NCBI GenBank assembly: GCA_012974425.1
Contig: JAAXQE010000095.1
Coordinates: 519 to 64,518, forward strand
Reading direction: 5' to 3'
From: Geopsychrobacter sp.
GTDB lineage: Bacteria > Desulfobacterota > Desulfuromonadia > Desulfuromonadales > Geopsychrobacteraceae
DNA: 64,000 bases
A program made the translations under genes and the position numbers. This document shows, in pieces, positions 26,640 to 37,581 of the stretch. Each line of letters opens with the position of its first letter. Within the stretch, counting starts at the first letter, position 1. The notes below the pieces were generated by a model. The model searched no databases. It was not told the origin of the DNA and saw only the letters and a list, made by a program, of their open reading frames with translations.

Positions 26640-28700
26640 ATGAGCAGGGCGACAAAACCCTTAAGGATTACCGAACTTGTGCTGCGCGACGCACATCAGT
26701 CCCTGTTTGCGACCCGGATGCGCCTCGACGATATGCTTCCGATCGCCGAAAAACTGGACCAGGTCGGCTACTGGTCGCTTGAGACCTGGGGCGGTGCGAC
26801 CTTCGACTCCTGCATCCGTTATCTGGGTGAGGACCCCTGGGAGCGGCTGCGGGCTTTGAAGAAAGCCATGCCGAACACCCCGCAGCAGATGCTCTTTCGC
26901 GGCCAGAACATTCTTGGCTACCGTCACTATGCCGATGATGTTGTCGTAAAGTTTGTCGAGCGGGCGGCAGTGAACGGCATCGATGTATTCCGGGTCTTTG
27001 ACGCCATGAACGATCCGCGGAACCTGGAGACGGCCATCAAGGCGGTCATCCAGCAGGAGAAGCATGTCCAGGGTTGTATCTCCTATACCGTCAGTCCGGT
27101 TCATACCCTCGCCAAGTGGGTCGAACTGGCCAAGACGATAGAGGATATGGGGGCGCACTCGATCTGCATCAAGGATATGGCCGGCCTGATTACCCCTAGC
27201 GTCGCCTACGATATGGTCAAAAAGCTCAAAAAAGCGGTGGATGTCCCGATTCATATGCACTGTCATGCCACCACCGGCATGTCCACCTCCGCCTATCTGA
27301 AGGCGATCGAGGCTGGCATCGACGGCGTCGATACCGCTATCTCTTCGATGAGCCTGACCTACGCACACTCTCCGACTGAGACACTGGTCGCCATGACCGA
27401 GGGGACCGAGCGTGACACCGGTCTCGATCTGGCGCCGTTGCAGGAGATAGCTGCATACTTTCGCGAAGTCCGTAAGAAATACGCCAAGTTCGAAGGCGCA
27501 CTTAAGGGGATCGACTCGCGGATTATCACGGCCCAGGTTCCCGGTGGCATGCTGACCAATATGGAGAGCCAGCTGCGCGAGCAGGGAGCCAGTGACAAGA
27601 TCGATCAGGTGCTGGATGAGATTCCCTTCGTCCGCGAGGATCTCGGTTTTCTCCCGCTGGTGACTCCGACCTCACAGATTGTCGGTAGCCAGGCGGTCTT
27701 GAATGTCTTGGCGGGCGAGCGCTACAAGGCGGTCACCAAGGAAACCACCGCCGTCCTCAAGGGCGAATATGGCACCACTCCGGCACCGGTGAACAAGGAC
27801 GTTCAGACAAAAATTCTAAAGGGGGCGACACCGATCACCTGCCGTCCGGCCGATCTGCTTGAGCCCGAGGTGGAGAAGCTGACCGGCGAGTTGCGTGGCA
27901 TCGCTACCGAAAAGTCACTCAGTCTGGCTGATGATGTGATTGATGATGTACTGACCTATGCGCTCTTCCCGCAAGTGGGACTTAAATTTATCGAAAACCG
28001 CAATAATCCCGCTGCATTTGAGCCTGTTCCGACCGGCGTGGATGAACCTCCGGCAGTGTCGTCTGCTGCGATGACCGGTGGAGAGATCTACACCGTGACT
28101 GGTGGCGGAAAAAGTTTCATGGTTCAGGTTGCCGGTGCAGACGGTGCGGCTGCAGCTGCGGTCGCCGCGGCTGCAGGGGTTCCGGCTGGAACTGCCGCCG
28201 CAACCGGCATCGCAGACACTGTTGATGCTCATCTTGCCGGAAATATCTGGAAGATAGAGGTGACTCCAGGTCAGGAAGTTCAAGAAGGAGATCTGCTCTT
28301 CATCCTTGAAGCGATGAAGATGGAGCATGAAGTTGTGGCCGAGAAGTCAGGTGTGGTCGCCGAGATTCTGGTTAAGGAAGGCGATGCTGTTGATATCGGC
28401 GCGGCACTGCTCAGTTATGTTGGGGACGGAAGCAGCAGTGTTTCAGCCGCACCAGCCCAGGCGGTCGCAGCCCCTGTCGCTGAAGTTGCCAACGGGATTG
28501 TCGCACCGCTGGCCGGAAATATCTGGAAGCTGGAAGTTACCGCCGGTCAGCAGGTTGAAGAGGGCGACTTGTTGATTATTCTTGAGGCGATGAAAATGGA
28601 GAATGAAATCATCGCTGAACGTGACGGGATCGTTGGCCAAATTTTGATTGCTGAAGGTGATGCCGTTGATATCGGCCAGGTGCTGTTGACTCTGGACTGA
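26640..28700 (+). CDS. oadA: Oxaloacetate decarboxylase alpha-type carboxyltransferase with two tandem C-terminal biotinoyl domains
   Basis: [22 protein letters not shown] and HMHCHAT motifs; EAMKM occurs twice (28308-28322 and 28584-28598), separated by an Ala/Pro-rich linker. Confidence 0.88.
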   Translation: MSRATKPLRITELVLRDAHQSLFATRMRLDDMLPIAEKLDQVGYWSLETWGGATFDSCIRYLGEDPWERLRALKKAMPNTPQQMLFRGQNILGYRHYADDVVVKFVERAAVNGIDVFRVFDAMNDPRNLETAIKAVIQQEKHVQGCISYTVSPVHTLAKWVELAKTIEDMGAHSICIKDMAGLITPSVAYDMVKKLKKAVDVPIHMHCHATTGMSTSAYLKAIEAGIDGVDTAISSMSLTYAHSPTETLVAMTEGTERDTGLDLAPLQEIAAYFREVRKKYAKFEGALKGIDSRIITAQVPGGMLTNMESQLREQGASDKIDQVLDEIPFVREDLGFLPLVTPTSQIVGSQAVLNVLAGERYKAVTKETTAVLKGEYGTTPAPVNKDVQTKILKGATPITCRPADLLEPEVEKLTGELRGIATEKSLSLADDVIDDVLTYALFPQVGLKFIENRNNPAAFEPVPTGVDEPPAVSSAAMTGGEIYTVTGGGKSFMVQVAGADGAAAAAVAAAAGVPAGTAAATGIADTVDAHLAGNIWKIEVTPGQEVQEGDLLFILEAMKMEHEVVAEKSGVVAEILVKEGDAVDIGAALLSYVGDGSSSVSAAPAQAVAAPVAEVANGIVAPLAGNIWKLEVTAGQQVEEGDLLIILEAMKMENEIIAERDGIVGQILIAEGDAVDIGQVLLTLD

Positions 28701-28808
28701 TTAACTGCTCCGGGATTCTCTCATGCGTGAAGGGTCGTCACGGGCGCGGGCAGTCTTTCCAGACTGGAATCATGTGTTAGCCCAGCCTTTTCTATAAGGA
28801 AATAGCCT

Positions 28809-29669
28809 ATGTTTCGATCTGCTGCAGATTCAACTTCAGTTGAGGCGCATTATGCTCACCAGAATCTTGAAGATACGATCCTGAATGCTTTGGTTGATTC
28901 GGGAATCGATCTGGCACAGCTTAAAGTTGAAGATCTGGCGCCGATCGACGAATTTCACATCGGCGGGCGCAAGGCCACGCTCGAATTTGCCCGTCAGCTT
29001 GGCCTTGACGAAACGTTGCAGGTTCTCGATGTCGGCAGCGGTATCGGGGGCGCATCCCGTTGCCTTGCCGTAGAGTTTGGTTGTCAGGTGACCGGAATCG
29101 ATCTTTCCGGAGAGTATTGCAAGGTTGCAACTAAGCTGGCAGGGCGTCTCGGTCTTGATTCCAGTGTCACTTATCAACACGGAAGCGCCCTTGAGATGCC
29201 CTTTGCCGATAACAGCTTCGATCTTCTCTGGACGCAACACGCGGCGATGAATATCGCGGACAAGGCCGGACTCTACGCCGAGATGTGGCGCGTTTTAAAA
29301 CCTGGCGGCAGGCTGGCAATTTATGATGTTCTCGCAGGTGAGGGCGGACCAATTCACTTTCCGGTTCCCTGGGCACGTGGGCCGGGAATCAGCTTTTTGA
29401 TCAGCCCGCAACAGCTACGCGACCAGCTTGAGGTGGCAGGTTTCGAGATTATCAGTTGGCAGGACAGCACCGAAAAGGGTCGTTCCTGGTTTCGTCGTAT
29501 GGGTGCTAAAATCGGTTCGAAAGGGCTACCGCGCCTGGGAATCCATCTGTTGCTGGGAGAAGATTTTAGACTGATGGCGAACAATCAGGTCCGGAACCTG
29601 GAAGAAGGCCGCATCGCGCTGATAGAAACAATCGTCCAGCGGCCATCACTCGCGGATGTTCAGCAATGA
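28809..29669 (+). CDS. Class I SAM-dependent methyltransferase
   Basis: VLDVGSGIGG, GIDLS, GSALEMPFADNSFD and RVLKPGG motifs. Confidence 0.88.
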   Translation: MFRSAADSTSVEAHYAHQNLEDTILNALVDSGIDLAQLKVEDLAPIDEFHIGGRKATLEFARQLGLDETLQVLDVGSGIGGASRCLAVEFGCQVTGIDLSGEYCKVATKLAGRLGLDSSVTYQHGSALEMPFADNSFDLLWTQHAAMNIADKAGLYAEMWRVLKPGGRLAIYDVLAGEGGPIHFPVPWARGPGISFLISPQQLRDQLEVAGFEIISWQDSTEKGRSWFRRMGAKIGSKGLPRLGIHLLLGEDFRLMANNQVRNLEEGRIALIETIVQRPSLADVQQ

Positions 29670-29832
29670 GACCTGAATCAGCAAGTAGCCGACCTTGGCG
29701 ATAAAGAGTATTGAGCGAATAAATATTCGATGATTATTAGTATGAGGTGTTAATTGAGTCAGGTAATCAACATTGTCAAATCTTCATTTTCCCCGCATCG
29801 CTCTGCGAACGGGTACCATTTGGAGAACTGTT

Positions 29833-30630
29833 ATGGATTCTGAAGATAAAACTGCAGGTTTACAGCAGAAAGAACGCAAGTTTGTTACAGCTCTTGCGCG
29901 AGGGCTTGAGATCTTGAGCTGTTTTCATGCCAGCGACCGTTTCCTCGGCAACAAACAGATCGCCGAACGAACAGGGTTGCCTATAACGACTGTCACAAGG
30001 CTTACCTTCACCTTGACCGAACAGGGTTTTCTGAGCTTTCAGCCGAATATAAATAAATATCGCCTTGGCACTGCAGTTCTCAGCCTGAGCTATTCTTTGC
30101 TGGCCCAGATGGATGTTCGTCGTATCGCACGTCCCCTGATGCAGGCCCTTGCCGAGCATACGCAAGCGGCGGTTAACATCGGGGTGCGGGATCGGTTGGA
30201 TATGGTTTATGTCGATACCTATCGCAATGCTTCGAGCTACGCTGTCCAGCTTGATGTCGGATCGCAACTGCCGGTCGCCTCAACCTCCATGGGCAGGGCC
30301 TGTCTGGTTGCACTCCCGGAACAGGAACGGCTGGAACTTATGGAGGAGATCCGCAAGCAGGATGAACACAACTGGCCGCGAATCAAGGACGCCATCGACC
30401 AGTCACTTATTGACTACCGTGAGCGAGGCTACTGCCTGTCGCTCGGGGATTGGCGCAAGGAGGTTCACGCTATTGCCGTACCTCTGCTGCCGGAAGACGG
30501 CTCTGAAATTATCGTCTTCAGTTGCAGCGGGGCATCCTTTCAATTAAGTCCCGAGGCGATTGAAACCGATGTCGGTCCCCGCCTGCTTAACCTGGTCGGG
30601 AACGTGAAGACCGCTTTGAGTCGTCTGTAG
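29833..30630 (+). CDS. IclR-family (PcaR/PobR-like) regulator
   Basis: FVTALARGLEIL and HTH IAERTGLPITTVTRLTFTL, plus STSMGRA; RBS GGAGA before ATG 29833. Confidence 0.9.
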   Translation: MDSEDKTAGLQQKERKFVTALARGLEILSCFHASDRFLGNKQIAERTGLPITTVTRLTFTLTEQGFLSFQPNINKYRLGTAVLSLSYSLLAQMDVRRIARPLMQALAEHTQAAVNIGVRDRLDMVYVDTYRNASSYAVQLDVGSQLPVASTSMGRACLVALPEQERLELMEEIRKQDEHNWPRIKDAIDQSLIDYRERGYCLSLGDWRKEVHAIAVPLLPEDGSEIIVFSCSGASFQLSPEAIETDVGPRLLNLVGNVKTALSRL

Positions 30631-30732
30631 CGCTTGGCTACTGCTTTTTGCTGGATGTTTTTTTGATTTTTAGCCCGGCGGGTATTTTTACCGTTATCGG
30701 TGATCCTTTTTTTCCTTATGAAGAGGGTGATT

Positions 30733-31908
30733 ATGAGAGATGTTTATGTTGTTGAATCGTTGCGTACTCCCCAGGGATCCTTTGGTGGTGTGCTCGCTGA
30801 TGTGGAGGCGACACGGCTTGCGGCGGCAGTTATTCAGGGGTTGTTGGAGAGAACCGGTCTGATGGCCGGGGCGGTCGAGGAAGTGATTGTCGGTCAGGTT
30901 TTGTCCGGTGGTTCAGGTCAGGCTCCCGCCCGCCAAGCGATGCGTTTCGCCGGTCTACCCGATACTATCCCTGCCATGACCATCAACAAGGTTTGTGGCA
31001 GCGGCCTGAAGGCATTGATGCTCGGTGCCGGTTCCATCCGTCTGGGTGATGCCGAAGTGGTGATCGCCGGCGGGATGGAAAGTATGTCTCAGGCTCCCTA
31101 CCTGCTCAAACAGGCACGCTATGGTCAGCGGCTGGGCAACGGTGAAATGATCGACCTGATGATTCATGATGGCTTGCAGGACCCTTACAGCAATCAGCAC
31201 ATGGGGGTGATCGCCGAGGCGAGCGTCGAAAGTCAGGGTCTGTCTCGTGAAGAACAGGATCAATTTGCTGTGCGCTCCTACCGGCGCGCCCAGGCGGCGG
31301 TCAACAATGGCACCTTTGCTGCCGAGCTGGTGTCGGTGGTTAAACAAACCCGCAAGGGTGAGGTGACCGTTGTCGAGGACGAGGAGCCTGGCAAGGTTGA
31401 TTTTGACAAACTGCCCGGACTGCGGGCTGTTTTCAAAAAAAACGGTTGTATCACAGCGGGCAACGCTTCGACCATCAACGATGGTGCCGCTCTCACACTG
31501 CTGGCCAGTGGCGAGGCGGTTGAAAAATATGGCCTGCAGCCAAAGGCTCGCCTGCTTGCTTACGCCTCCAACAGTACCCACCCGGACGATTTCACTCTGG
31601 CTCCGGTGGGGGCGATTGAAAAGGTTTGTGACAAGGCCGGGCTTGCTGTCGCTGACATAGATCTCTTCGAGATTAATGAAGCTTTTGCTGCCGTGCCCCT
31701 GTTCGCCATCAAGCAGTTGGGGCTCGATCCTGAAAAGGTCAACGTAAATGGCGGCGCGGTTGCTATCGGTCATCCGCTCGGCGCCAGTGGCGGTCGTCTG
31801 GCTGCGACCCTGGTGCGCGAGCTGCAGCAGCGCAGGGCCCGCTACGGACTGGCGACCTTGTGCATTGGCGGCGGCGAAGCGGTGGCCGCTATTTTTGAGA
31901 GAATCTAG
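30733..31908 (+). CDS. Acetyl-CoA acetyltransferase (thiolase)
   Basis: NKVCGSG, NEAFA, GHPLGASG and LCIGGG motifs; start moved to ATG 30733. Confidence 0.93.
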   Translation: MRDVYVVESLRTPQGSFGGVLADVEATRLAAAVIQGLLERTGLMAGAVEEVIVGQVLSGGSGQAPARQAMRFAGLPDTIPAMTINKVCGSGLKALMLGAGSIRLGDAEVVIAGGMESMSQAPYLLKQARYGQRLGNGEMIDLMIHDGLQDPYSNQHMGVIAEASVESQGLSREEQDQFAVRSYRRAQAAVNNGTFAAELVSVVKQTRKGEVTVVEDEEPGKVDFDKLPGLRAVFKKNGCITAGNASTINDGAALTLLASGEAVEKYGLQPKARLLAYASNSTHPDDFTLAPVGAIEKVCDKAGLAVADIDLFEINEAFAAVPLFAIKQLGLDPEKVNVNGGAVAIGHPLGASGGRLAATLVRELQQRRARYGLATLCIGGGEAVAAIFERI

Positions 31909-32022
31909 CGCCTGGCAAACCGAATACCGGTACTATGCGCCGTCAGACACGCCTTGTTGGCAGGTCAAATTCTTTCGCAATTTTGCGACACTTTATGATT
32001 TACAAGGCACCAGGAGGTAACC

Positions 32023-32868
32023 ATGATCAGGCAAGTTGGAGTACTCGGGGCGGGACAGATGGGCAGTGGAATTGCCCACGTGCTGGCCATGCAGGAATAT
32101 CAGGTGGTCCTTTTCGATATTGCTGAAGAACAGTTGCAGAAGGCCCTGACCGGTATCAGGAAAAATCTTGGACGCCAGGCCGACAAAGGCCTGGTCGATA
32201 GCAGTGCGATTGACGACATTGTCGGACGGATCAAAGTCTCGCAGGCGATGGAGGATCTGGCCGATTGTGATATGGCGATTGAGGCGGTTACGGAGAGAGA
32301 AGAGCTCAAGCTTGATATCTTCCGGAAACTCGATGAAATCGTCAAGAAAGAGGCGATTCTCGCCTCCAACACCTCGTCGATACCGATCACCCGTATCGCT
32401 GCTGTCACCAGTCGGCCGGATCGGGTCATCGGCATGCACTTCATGAATCCGGTCCCGGTGATGAAACTGGTCGAGGTGATCCGGGGTCTCGCCACCAGCG
32501 ACGAGACCTTCGCTGCGATTACCGATCTGGTGGAGAAACTCGGTAAAGAATCGTCGGTTTCGGCCGACTATCCAGGTTTTATCGTCAACCGTATTCTCAT
32601 CCCGATGATTAACGAGGCGGCCTTTGCGCTCTACGAAGGGGTGGCTTCTGCCGAAGATATCGACAAGGGGATGCAGCTGGGTACCAATCAGCCGATGGGT
32701 CCGTTGACTCTGGCCGACTTTATCGGTCTTGATACCTGCCTGGCGATCATGAATGTCCTTTACGAAGGCTTCAAGGATTCCAAGTATCGTCCCTGTCCAT
32801 TATTGGTAAAAATGGTTGAAGCCGGATTTCTCGGCAGGAAAACAGGCCGCGGGTTCTATACTTACTGA
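32023..32868 (+). CDS. hbd: 3-hydroxybutyryl-CoA dehydrogenase
   Basis: GAGQMGSG, SNTSS, GMHFMNP, PGFIVNR and PMGPL motifs. Confidence 0.92.
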   Translation: MIRQVGVLGAGQMGSGIAHVLAMQEYQVVLFDIAEEQLQKALTGIRKNLGRQADKGLVDSSAIDDIVGRIKVSQAMEDLADCDMAIEAVTEREELKLDIFRKLDEIVKKEAILASNTSSIPITRIAAVTSRPDRVIGMHFMNPVPVMKLVEVIRGLATSDETFAAITDLVEKLGKESSVSADYPGFIVNRILIPMINEAAFALYEGVASAEDIDKGMQLGTNQPMGPLTLADFIGLDTCLAIMNVLYEGFKDSKYRPCPLLVKMVEAGFLGRKTGRGFYTY

Positions 32869-32882
32869 ACAGGACAGTCACC

Positions 32883-33665
32883 ATGGAAATGAAAAATCTG
32901 CTTATTGAAAATCAGGCCGGGGTCGCCCTGCTGACCGTGAACCGGCCACAGGCTCTGAATGCCCTTAACAGTGTCTTGCTGGACGAATTGCGCACTGCCT
33001 TCGAACAACTGCAGCAGGATAAAGGTGTCAAGGTTGTGATCGTTACTGGCAGTGGCGAGAAAGCATTTGTAGCCGGGGCCGATATCGCCGAAATGGCTGA
33101 CATTGATGCCATGCAGGCGCTGGCTTTTGCCCGCAAGGGGCAGGACCTGATCAAGTCAATTGGACAGCTGAATAAGCCAGTCATAGCTGCGGTCAACGGT
33201 TTTGCCCTCGGCGGTGGATTTGAATTGGCTCTGGCCTGTGATTTTATTTATGCATCGGAGAAGGCACGATTTGGTCTGCCGGAAGTGACTTTGGGGATTA
33301 TGCCCGGATTCGGCGGTACGCAAAAACTGGCACGGATTATCGGTCGCAATCGGGCCAATGAGCTGGTCTTCACTGGCAAGATGCTGAATGCCGTCGAGGC
33401 TGAAAACTGGGGCATAGTCAATGCTGTTCTGCCCGCTGGCGAGTTGCTTGACAGGGCAATGGAAACTGCCGGGAAAATTAGCGGCAATGGTGCCTGCGGT
33501 GTGGCCCATGCCAAGGATGCGATCAGGAGCGGTCTTGATATGGCTGAAGTGGACGGGCTGCGTTACGAATCATCTCTGTTTGCTGCCCTGTTCGCATCGG
33601 CAGATCAAAAGGAAGGCATGCAGGCGTTTTTGCAAAAGCGAAAAGCCGATTTTACCGGTTGTTGA
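32883..33665 (+). CDS. crt: Enoyl-CoA hydratase (crotonase)
   Basis: AFVAGADI, GGGFELALACD and PEVTLG (both catalytic Glu present). Confidence 0.9.
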   Translation: MEMKNLLIENQAGVALLTVNRPQALNALNSVLLDELRTAFEQLQQDKGVKVVIVTGSGEKAFVAGADIAEMADIDAMQALAFARKGQDLIKSIGQLNKPVIAAVNGFALGGGFELALACDFIYASEKARFGLPEVTLGIMPGFGGTQKLARIIGRNRANELVFTGKMLNAVEAENWGIVNAVLPAGELLDRAMETAGKISGNGACGVAHAKDAIRSGLDMAEVDGLRYESSLFAALFASADQKEGMQAFLQKRKADFTGC

Positions 33666-33706
33666 ATCGGATTGTTTTGAGAGTGCGCAGACGGAGGTAA
33701 CAAGAT

Positions 33707-35692
33707 ATGGAATTCACACGCGAAATCTACTGGAATGTAGGTCATGGCGCATCCACCCTGGTGCCGATGTATCTGTTTACTTTCCTGGCTGTCGCACTGT
33801 TGATCAATGAGGCGCGCCGACGAATCACTGCCTATCGTCAGGGCAAGCCGCTTGATCGCACTGATCAGCTGCCGGTACGACTGGTGATGATGGTAAAAAA
33901 CGTGCTGTTGCAGCGCAAGGTGCTCAGTGTGCGCGGACCTGGCCTGGCGCACAGCATGTTCTTTTTGGGGTTTTTTCTGCTGTTTATCGGTACCTGTCTG
34001 ATTGTCCTGCAGGCCGATTTCACCGATCTGTTTTTCGGCGTCAAGTTTCTCAAGGGAACCTTCTACCTTCTGTTTTCGGTGATCCTGGATCTGGCCGGAC
34101 TGGTTGCTATCATCATGCTGGCCGGTCTGCTGGTCCGCCGCTATATCGTTCGACCTGAAGGGCTGGACTGCAAGATTGACGATCTCTTTATGCACGGGTT
34201 GTTGTTTGCCATTTTGATCAGCGGCTTTGTCATCGAAGGTGCGCGGATGGCGGTTACCGAAATGGGAACTCCGCTGGCAATCTGGTCACCGGTCGGGCTG
34301 GCGTTCGCCAAGAGTATGTCCGGAATGACAGCGGAATCGTTGCGCTCCCTGCATGGTGTCACCTGGTGGCTGCATTTTGCGCTGGTGGCCTGTTTTATCG
34401 GCAGCATCCCTTTCACCAAGTTCCGGCACATTTTTACCACCAGCGCCAACTACCTGTTCGCCGATCTCGGCCCCAAGGGGAAGTTGGCCACCCTCGATCT
34501 GGAAGACGAAGATGCGGAGAGCTTTGGCGCGGCCAGTGTGCAGGATCTTTCCTGGAAGGACCTGTTTGATGGCGATGCCTGCACCAGTTGCAAGCGTTGC
34601 CAGGATCGTTGTCCGGCGCATAATACCGACAAGCCGCTGTCGCCGATGAAACTGGTACAGCAGATCAGTGAAGCTGCACAGCACAATCCTGAAATGAACC
34701 TGATTGAAGCCTGCGACAAGGATGCGATCTGGTCCTGTACCACCTGCTTTGCCTGTCAGGAAATTTGTCCGGCCGCCGTCGAGCATGTTGGCAAAATTGT
34801 CGATATGCGCCGGAACCTGGTGCTGATGGAGGGGGATTTCCCTGGCGAAGAGGTTATGGCCGCCATGGAACAGGCCGAAGTTAACGGCAACCCGTTGGGA
34901 ATCGGTTACGCCAGCCGTGGTGACTGGGCGCAAGAGCTTGGTATTAAAACCCTGGCAGCAGACCCGGAGGTCGATATCCTCTATTTCGTCGGCTGTTACG
35001 CTTCGTTTGATGCACGTAATATTAAGATTGCCAAGGCCTTTGTTCAACTCTGTCAGGCCGCCGGGATCAAAGTCGGTATCCTCGGCAAGGAAGAGAAATG
35101 CTGCGGCGAGCCGATGCGCAAGATGGGCAACGAGTATTTGTATCAGACCCTGGCCCGCGAGAATATCGAGCTGATCAAGGGCTACGGGATCAAGAAAGTG
35201 GTCACCAGCTGTCCGCACTGTTTCAACACCCTGGCTAAGGATTACCGCGATTTCGACTTTGATGTTGAGGTTGAGTCCTACACCGTATTTCTGGAACGAC
35301 TGGTCGCTGGCGGCCAGCTCAAACTTAAGGCGGAGTCGTTCGATTGCACCTATCACGATTCCTGTTACCTCGGCCGGCACAATAATCTGTACGAGGCTCC
35401 GCGCAATCTGATCCAGGCCGCCGGGGGCACCATCACCGAAATGGAGAAGAATTACAGCGAGGCATTCTGTTGCAGTGCTGGTGGTGGCCGGATTATGGCC
35501 GAAGAGAATCTCGGAAGCCGGATTAACGTCAAGCGCGTGATGATGGCAGGTGAGACCGGTGCGCCGAGTTTGCTCTCCAACTGTCCATTTTGCCTGACCA
35601 TGTTTGAAGATGGTGTCAAGGGTGCCGAACTAGAAGAAAGCCTCAAACCCCTCGATATTGCCGAGATTCTGGTGGACCGGCTGGAGAGCTGA
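33707..35692 (+). CDS. Membrane cytochrome b/Fe-S/CCG oxidoreductase (ETF:menaquinone oxidoreductase, EMO/DUF224-type)
   Basis: N-terminal transmembrane helices with His residues, CTSCKRCQDRCP, CTTCFACQEICP and two CCG-like domains; directly upstream of etfBA. Confidence 0.85.
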   Translation: MEFTREIYWNVGHGASTLVPMYLFTFLAVALLINEARRRITAYRQGKPLDRTDQLPVRLVMMVKNVLLQRKVLSVRGPGLAHSMFFLGFFLLFIGTCLIVLQADFTDLFFGVKFLKGTFYLLFSVILDLAGLVAIIMLAGLLVRRYIVRPEGLDCKIDDLFMHGLLFAILISGFVIEGARMAVTEMGTPLAIWSPVGLAFAKSMSGMTAESLRSLHGVTWWLHFALVACFIGSIPFTKFRHIFTTSANYLFADLGPKGKLATLDLEDEDAESFGAASVQDLSWKDLFDGDACTSCKRCQDRCPAHNTDKPLSPMKLVQQISEAAQHNPEMNLIEACDKDAIWSCTTCFACQEICPAAVEHVGKIVDMRRNLVLMEGDFPGEEVMAAMEQAEVNGNPLGIGYASRGDWAQELGIKTLAADPEVDILYFVGCYASFDARNIKIAKAFVQLCQAAGIKVGILGKEEKCCGEPMRKMGNEYLYQTLARENIELIKGYGIKKVVTSCPHCFNTLAKDYRDFDFDVEVESYTVFLERLVAGGQLKLKAESFDCTYHDSCYLGRHNNLYEAPRNLIQAAGGTITEMEKNYSEAFCCSAGGGRIMAEENLGSRINVKRVMMAGETGAPSLLSNCPFCLTMFEDGVKGAELEESLKPLDIAEILVDRLES

Positions 35693-35764
35693 ATGTCCGC
35701 GCGGGATGCAACCGCATAACCGTTTAAAACTGATTTTCAGCCCATGACGATTTAGGAGGACAAT

Positions 35765-36538
35765 GTGAAAATTCTCGTGTGTATCAAGCAGGTTCCCGAT
35801 ATGGAATCAAAGTTCAAGATCAATGCCGAAGGCACCTGGTATGACGGTATCGATCTGGCTTGGCGGATGAATGAATATGATGAGTACGCCGTCGAGCAGG
35901 CGGTGCAGCTCAAGGAACAGGTCGCAGGCTCCGACTTGACAGTCCTTTGCATCGGTCGTCAGCAGGTTCAGGAGACGATGAAAAAAGCCCTCGCGATAGG
36001 CTGTGATCGCGGTGTTCATGTCGCTGATGAGAATTCCCATCAGAAAGATCCGTTTGAGATTGCCTCGGTGATCGCCGAGTTTGCCAGTGACAAGGGCTTC
36101 GATCTGATCTTTACCGGCATGCAATCGCAGGATCGTGGCAGCGCTCAGGTCGGCGTCCTGATTGCCGAGATGCTTGGCATGCCGAGTATTTCGACGATTG
36201 TTGACTTCGCTTTTGCCGATGGTCAGATCAGCGCCAAACGTGAACTGGAAGGGGGCATCAAGGCGCTCGTAAAAACCACCGCTCCGGCACTGGTCACCTG
36301 CCAGTTGGGTCTGAACACCCCGCGTTATCCGACATTGCCAAACATCATGAAGGCCAAAAAGAAAGAACTGCTCAGCGTTGAGGTCGCTGATTTACTCAAG
36401 GTCGAGGCCAAGCAGGAGACTGCCAAAATCTACTTCCCGGAAAAGAAGGGCGGCGGATTGGTCCTCGAAGGCGAGGTCGCTGATCTGGCTGATCAGTTGA
36501 TCCAGATTCTTAAAGACAAAACTGCTGTTCTGGCCTAA
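35765..36538 (+). CDS. etfB: Electron transfer flavoprotein beta subunit
   Basis: MKILVCIKQVPD, NEYDEYAVE, QSQDRGSAQVG and PRYPTLPNIMKAKKK motifs. Confidence 0.95.
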   Translation: MKILVCIKQVPDMESKFKINAEGTWYDGIDLAWRMNEYDEYAVEQAVQLKEQVAGSDLTVLCIGRQQVQETMKKALAIGCDRGVHVADENSHQKDPFEIASVIAEFASDKGFDLIFTGMQSQDRGSAQVGVLIAEMLGMPSISTIVDFAFADGQISAKRELEGGIKALVKTTAPALVTCQLGLNTPRYPTLPNIMKAKKKELLSVEVADLLKVEAKQETAKIYFPEKKGGGLVLEGEVADLADQLIQILKDKTAVLA

Positions 36539-36548
36539 GGAGATAAAT

Positions 36549-37472
36549 ATGAAAGCATTACTGGTTGCTGAATATAGAGACGGACAACTGCTCGGTTCAA
36601 CTTATGAACTGGTCGCTTTTGCCAATCAGCTCGGTGCCGAGTCGGCCATGTTCCTGGTCGGTAGCGACAGCGCCTTGCCACAATACGACGGTCCCCTCTA
36701 TCTGGCCGATAGCGGGAAATACAGCGAATTCAACCCGGCGGTACATAAGCAGCTGTTACTCGATGTGATTGCGAAAGAACAGCCGGAGATGGTCGTCTTT
36801 GCCCATTCTTCCTATGGTTGGGATCTGGCCCCACGGATCGCCCTGACACTTGGTGCCGCTCAGGTCTCCGAAGTGGTCGAGATCGTCGATGGTGTTCCGG
36901 TTGCCCCGGTCTGCAACTCCAAGCTGCGGCGCCAGGTAAAAGCCAATACCGACCGGACCGTGGTCACCCTGCAGGCTGGTGCTTTCGGCTTGAGTGACGA
37001 ACCCTCCGGCAGCCCGACGGTTGAAATGATTGATACCGATAGCGATAGCGCGGCGCAGATTGAGTTCTGTGGCTACGAAGAAGCCGAAGCAGGCGGTGTT
37101 GACCTCTCCAAGGCCGATGTGATCGTCAGTGCCGGTCGCGGGATTGGCAAACCGGAGAACTTGGAGATTGTTGAAGTTTTGGCCAAAGCTCTCGGCGGCG
37201 AGTACGGTGCCAGTCGCCCGGTGGTCGATTCTGACTGGGCCGATCACAGTCGCCAGGTCGGTACGACCGGCCAGACCGTCTCGCCAAAGCTCTATGTTGC
37301 CTGTGGTATCTCCGGCGCCATCCAGCATTTGGCCGGCATGAAGAAGTCAGAATTCATCGTCGCTATCAATACTGACAAGGATGCACCGATCGGTGAAGTC
37401 GCTGATGTCCTTCTGGTCGCCGACCTGAAGCAGTTTCTGCCGGTACTGACAGAAAAGGTCCGGGCGTTGTAG
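36549..37472 (+). CDS. etfA: Electron transfer flavoprotein alpha subunit
   Basis: [31 protein letters not shown] and AINTD motifs. Confidence 0.95.
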   Translation: MKALLVAEYRDGQLLGSTYELVAFANQLGAESAMFLVGSDSALPQYDGPLYLADSGKYSEFNPAVHKQLLLDVIAKEQPEMVVFAHSSYGWDLAPRIALTLGAAQVSEVVEIVDGVPVAPVCNSKLRRQVKANTDRTVVTLQAGAFGLSDEPSGSPTVEMIDTDSDSAAQIEFCGYEEAEAGGVDLSKADVIVSAGRGIGKPENLEIVEVLAKALGGEYGASRPVVDSDWADHSRQVGTTGQTVSPKLYVACGISGAIQHLAGMKKSEFIVAINTDKDAPIGEVADVLLVADLKQFLPVLTEKVRAL

Positions 37473-37581
37473 TCTGCCAATTAAGCCGGGGGCGGGCTGA
37501 GTCGTTCAATTTCATTCGCATCCACCCTGTATCAGTGGCATAGCTGCAGGTTAACCTGTGGGACCATACGCAGGATACTTC

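Noticed and set aside
29716-29729. Palindrome CGAATA-AA-TATTCG upstream of the first IclR
   Set aside because: Only 6 bp, single copy, in AT-rich DNA; could be an operator but the support is too weak.
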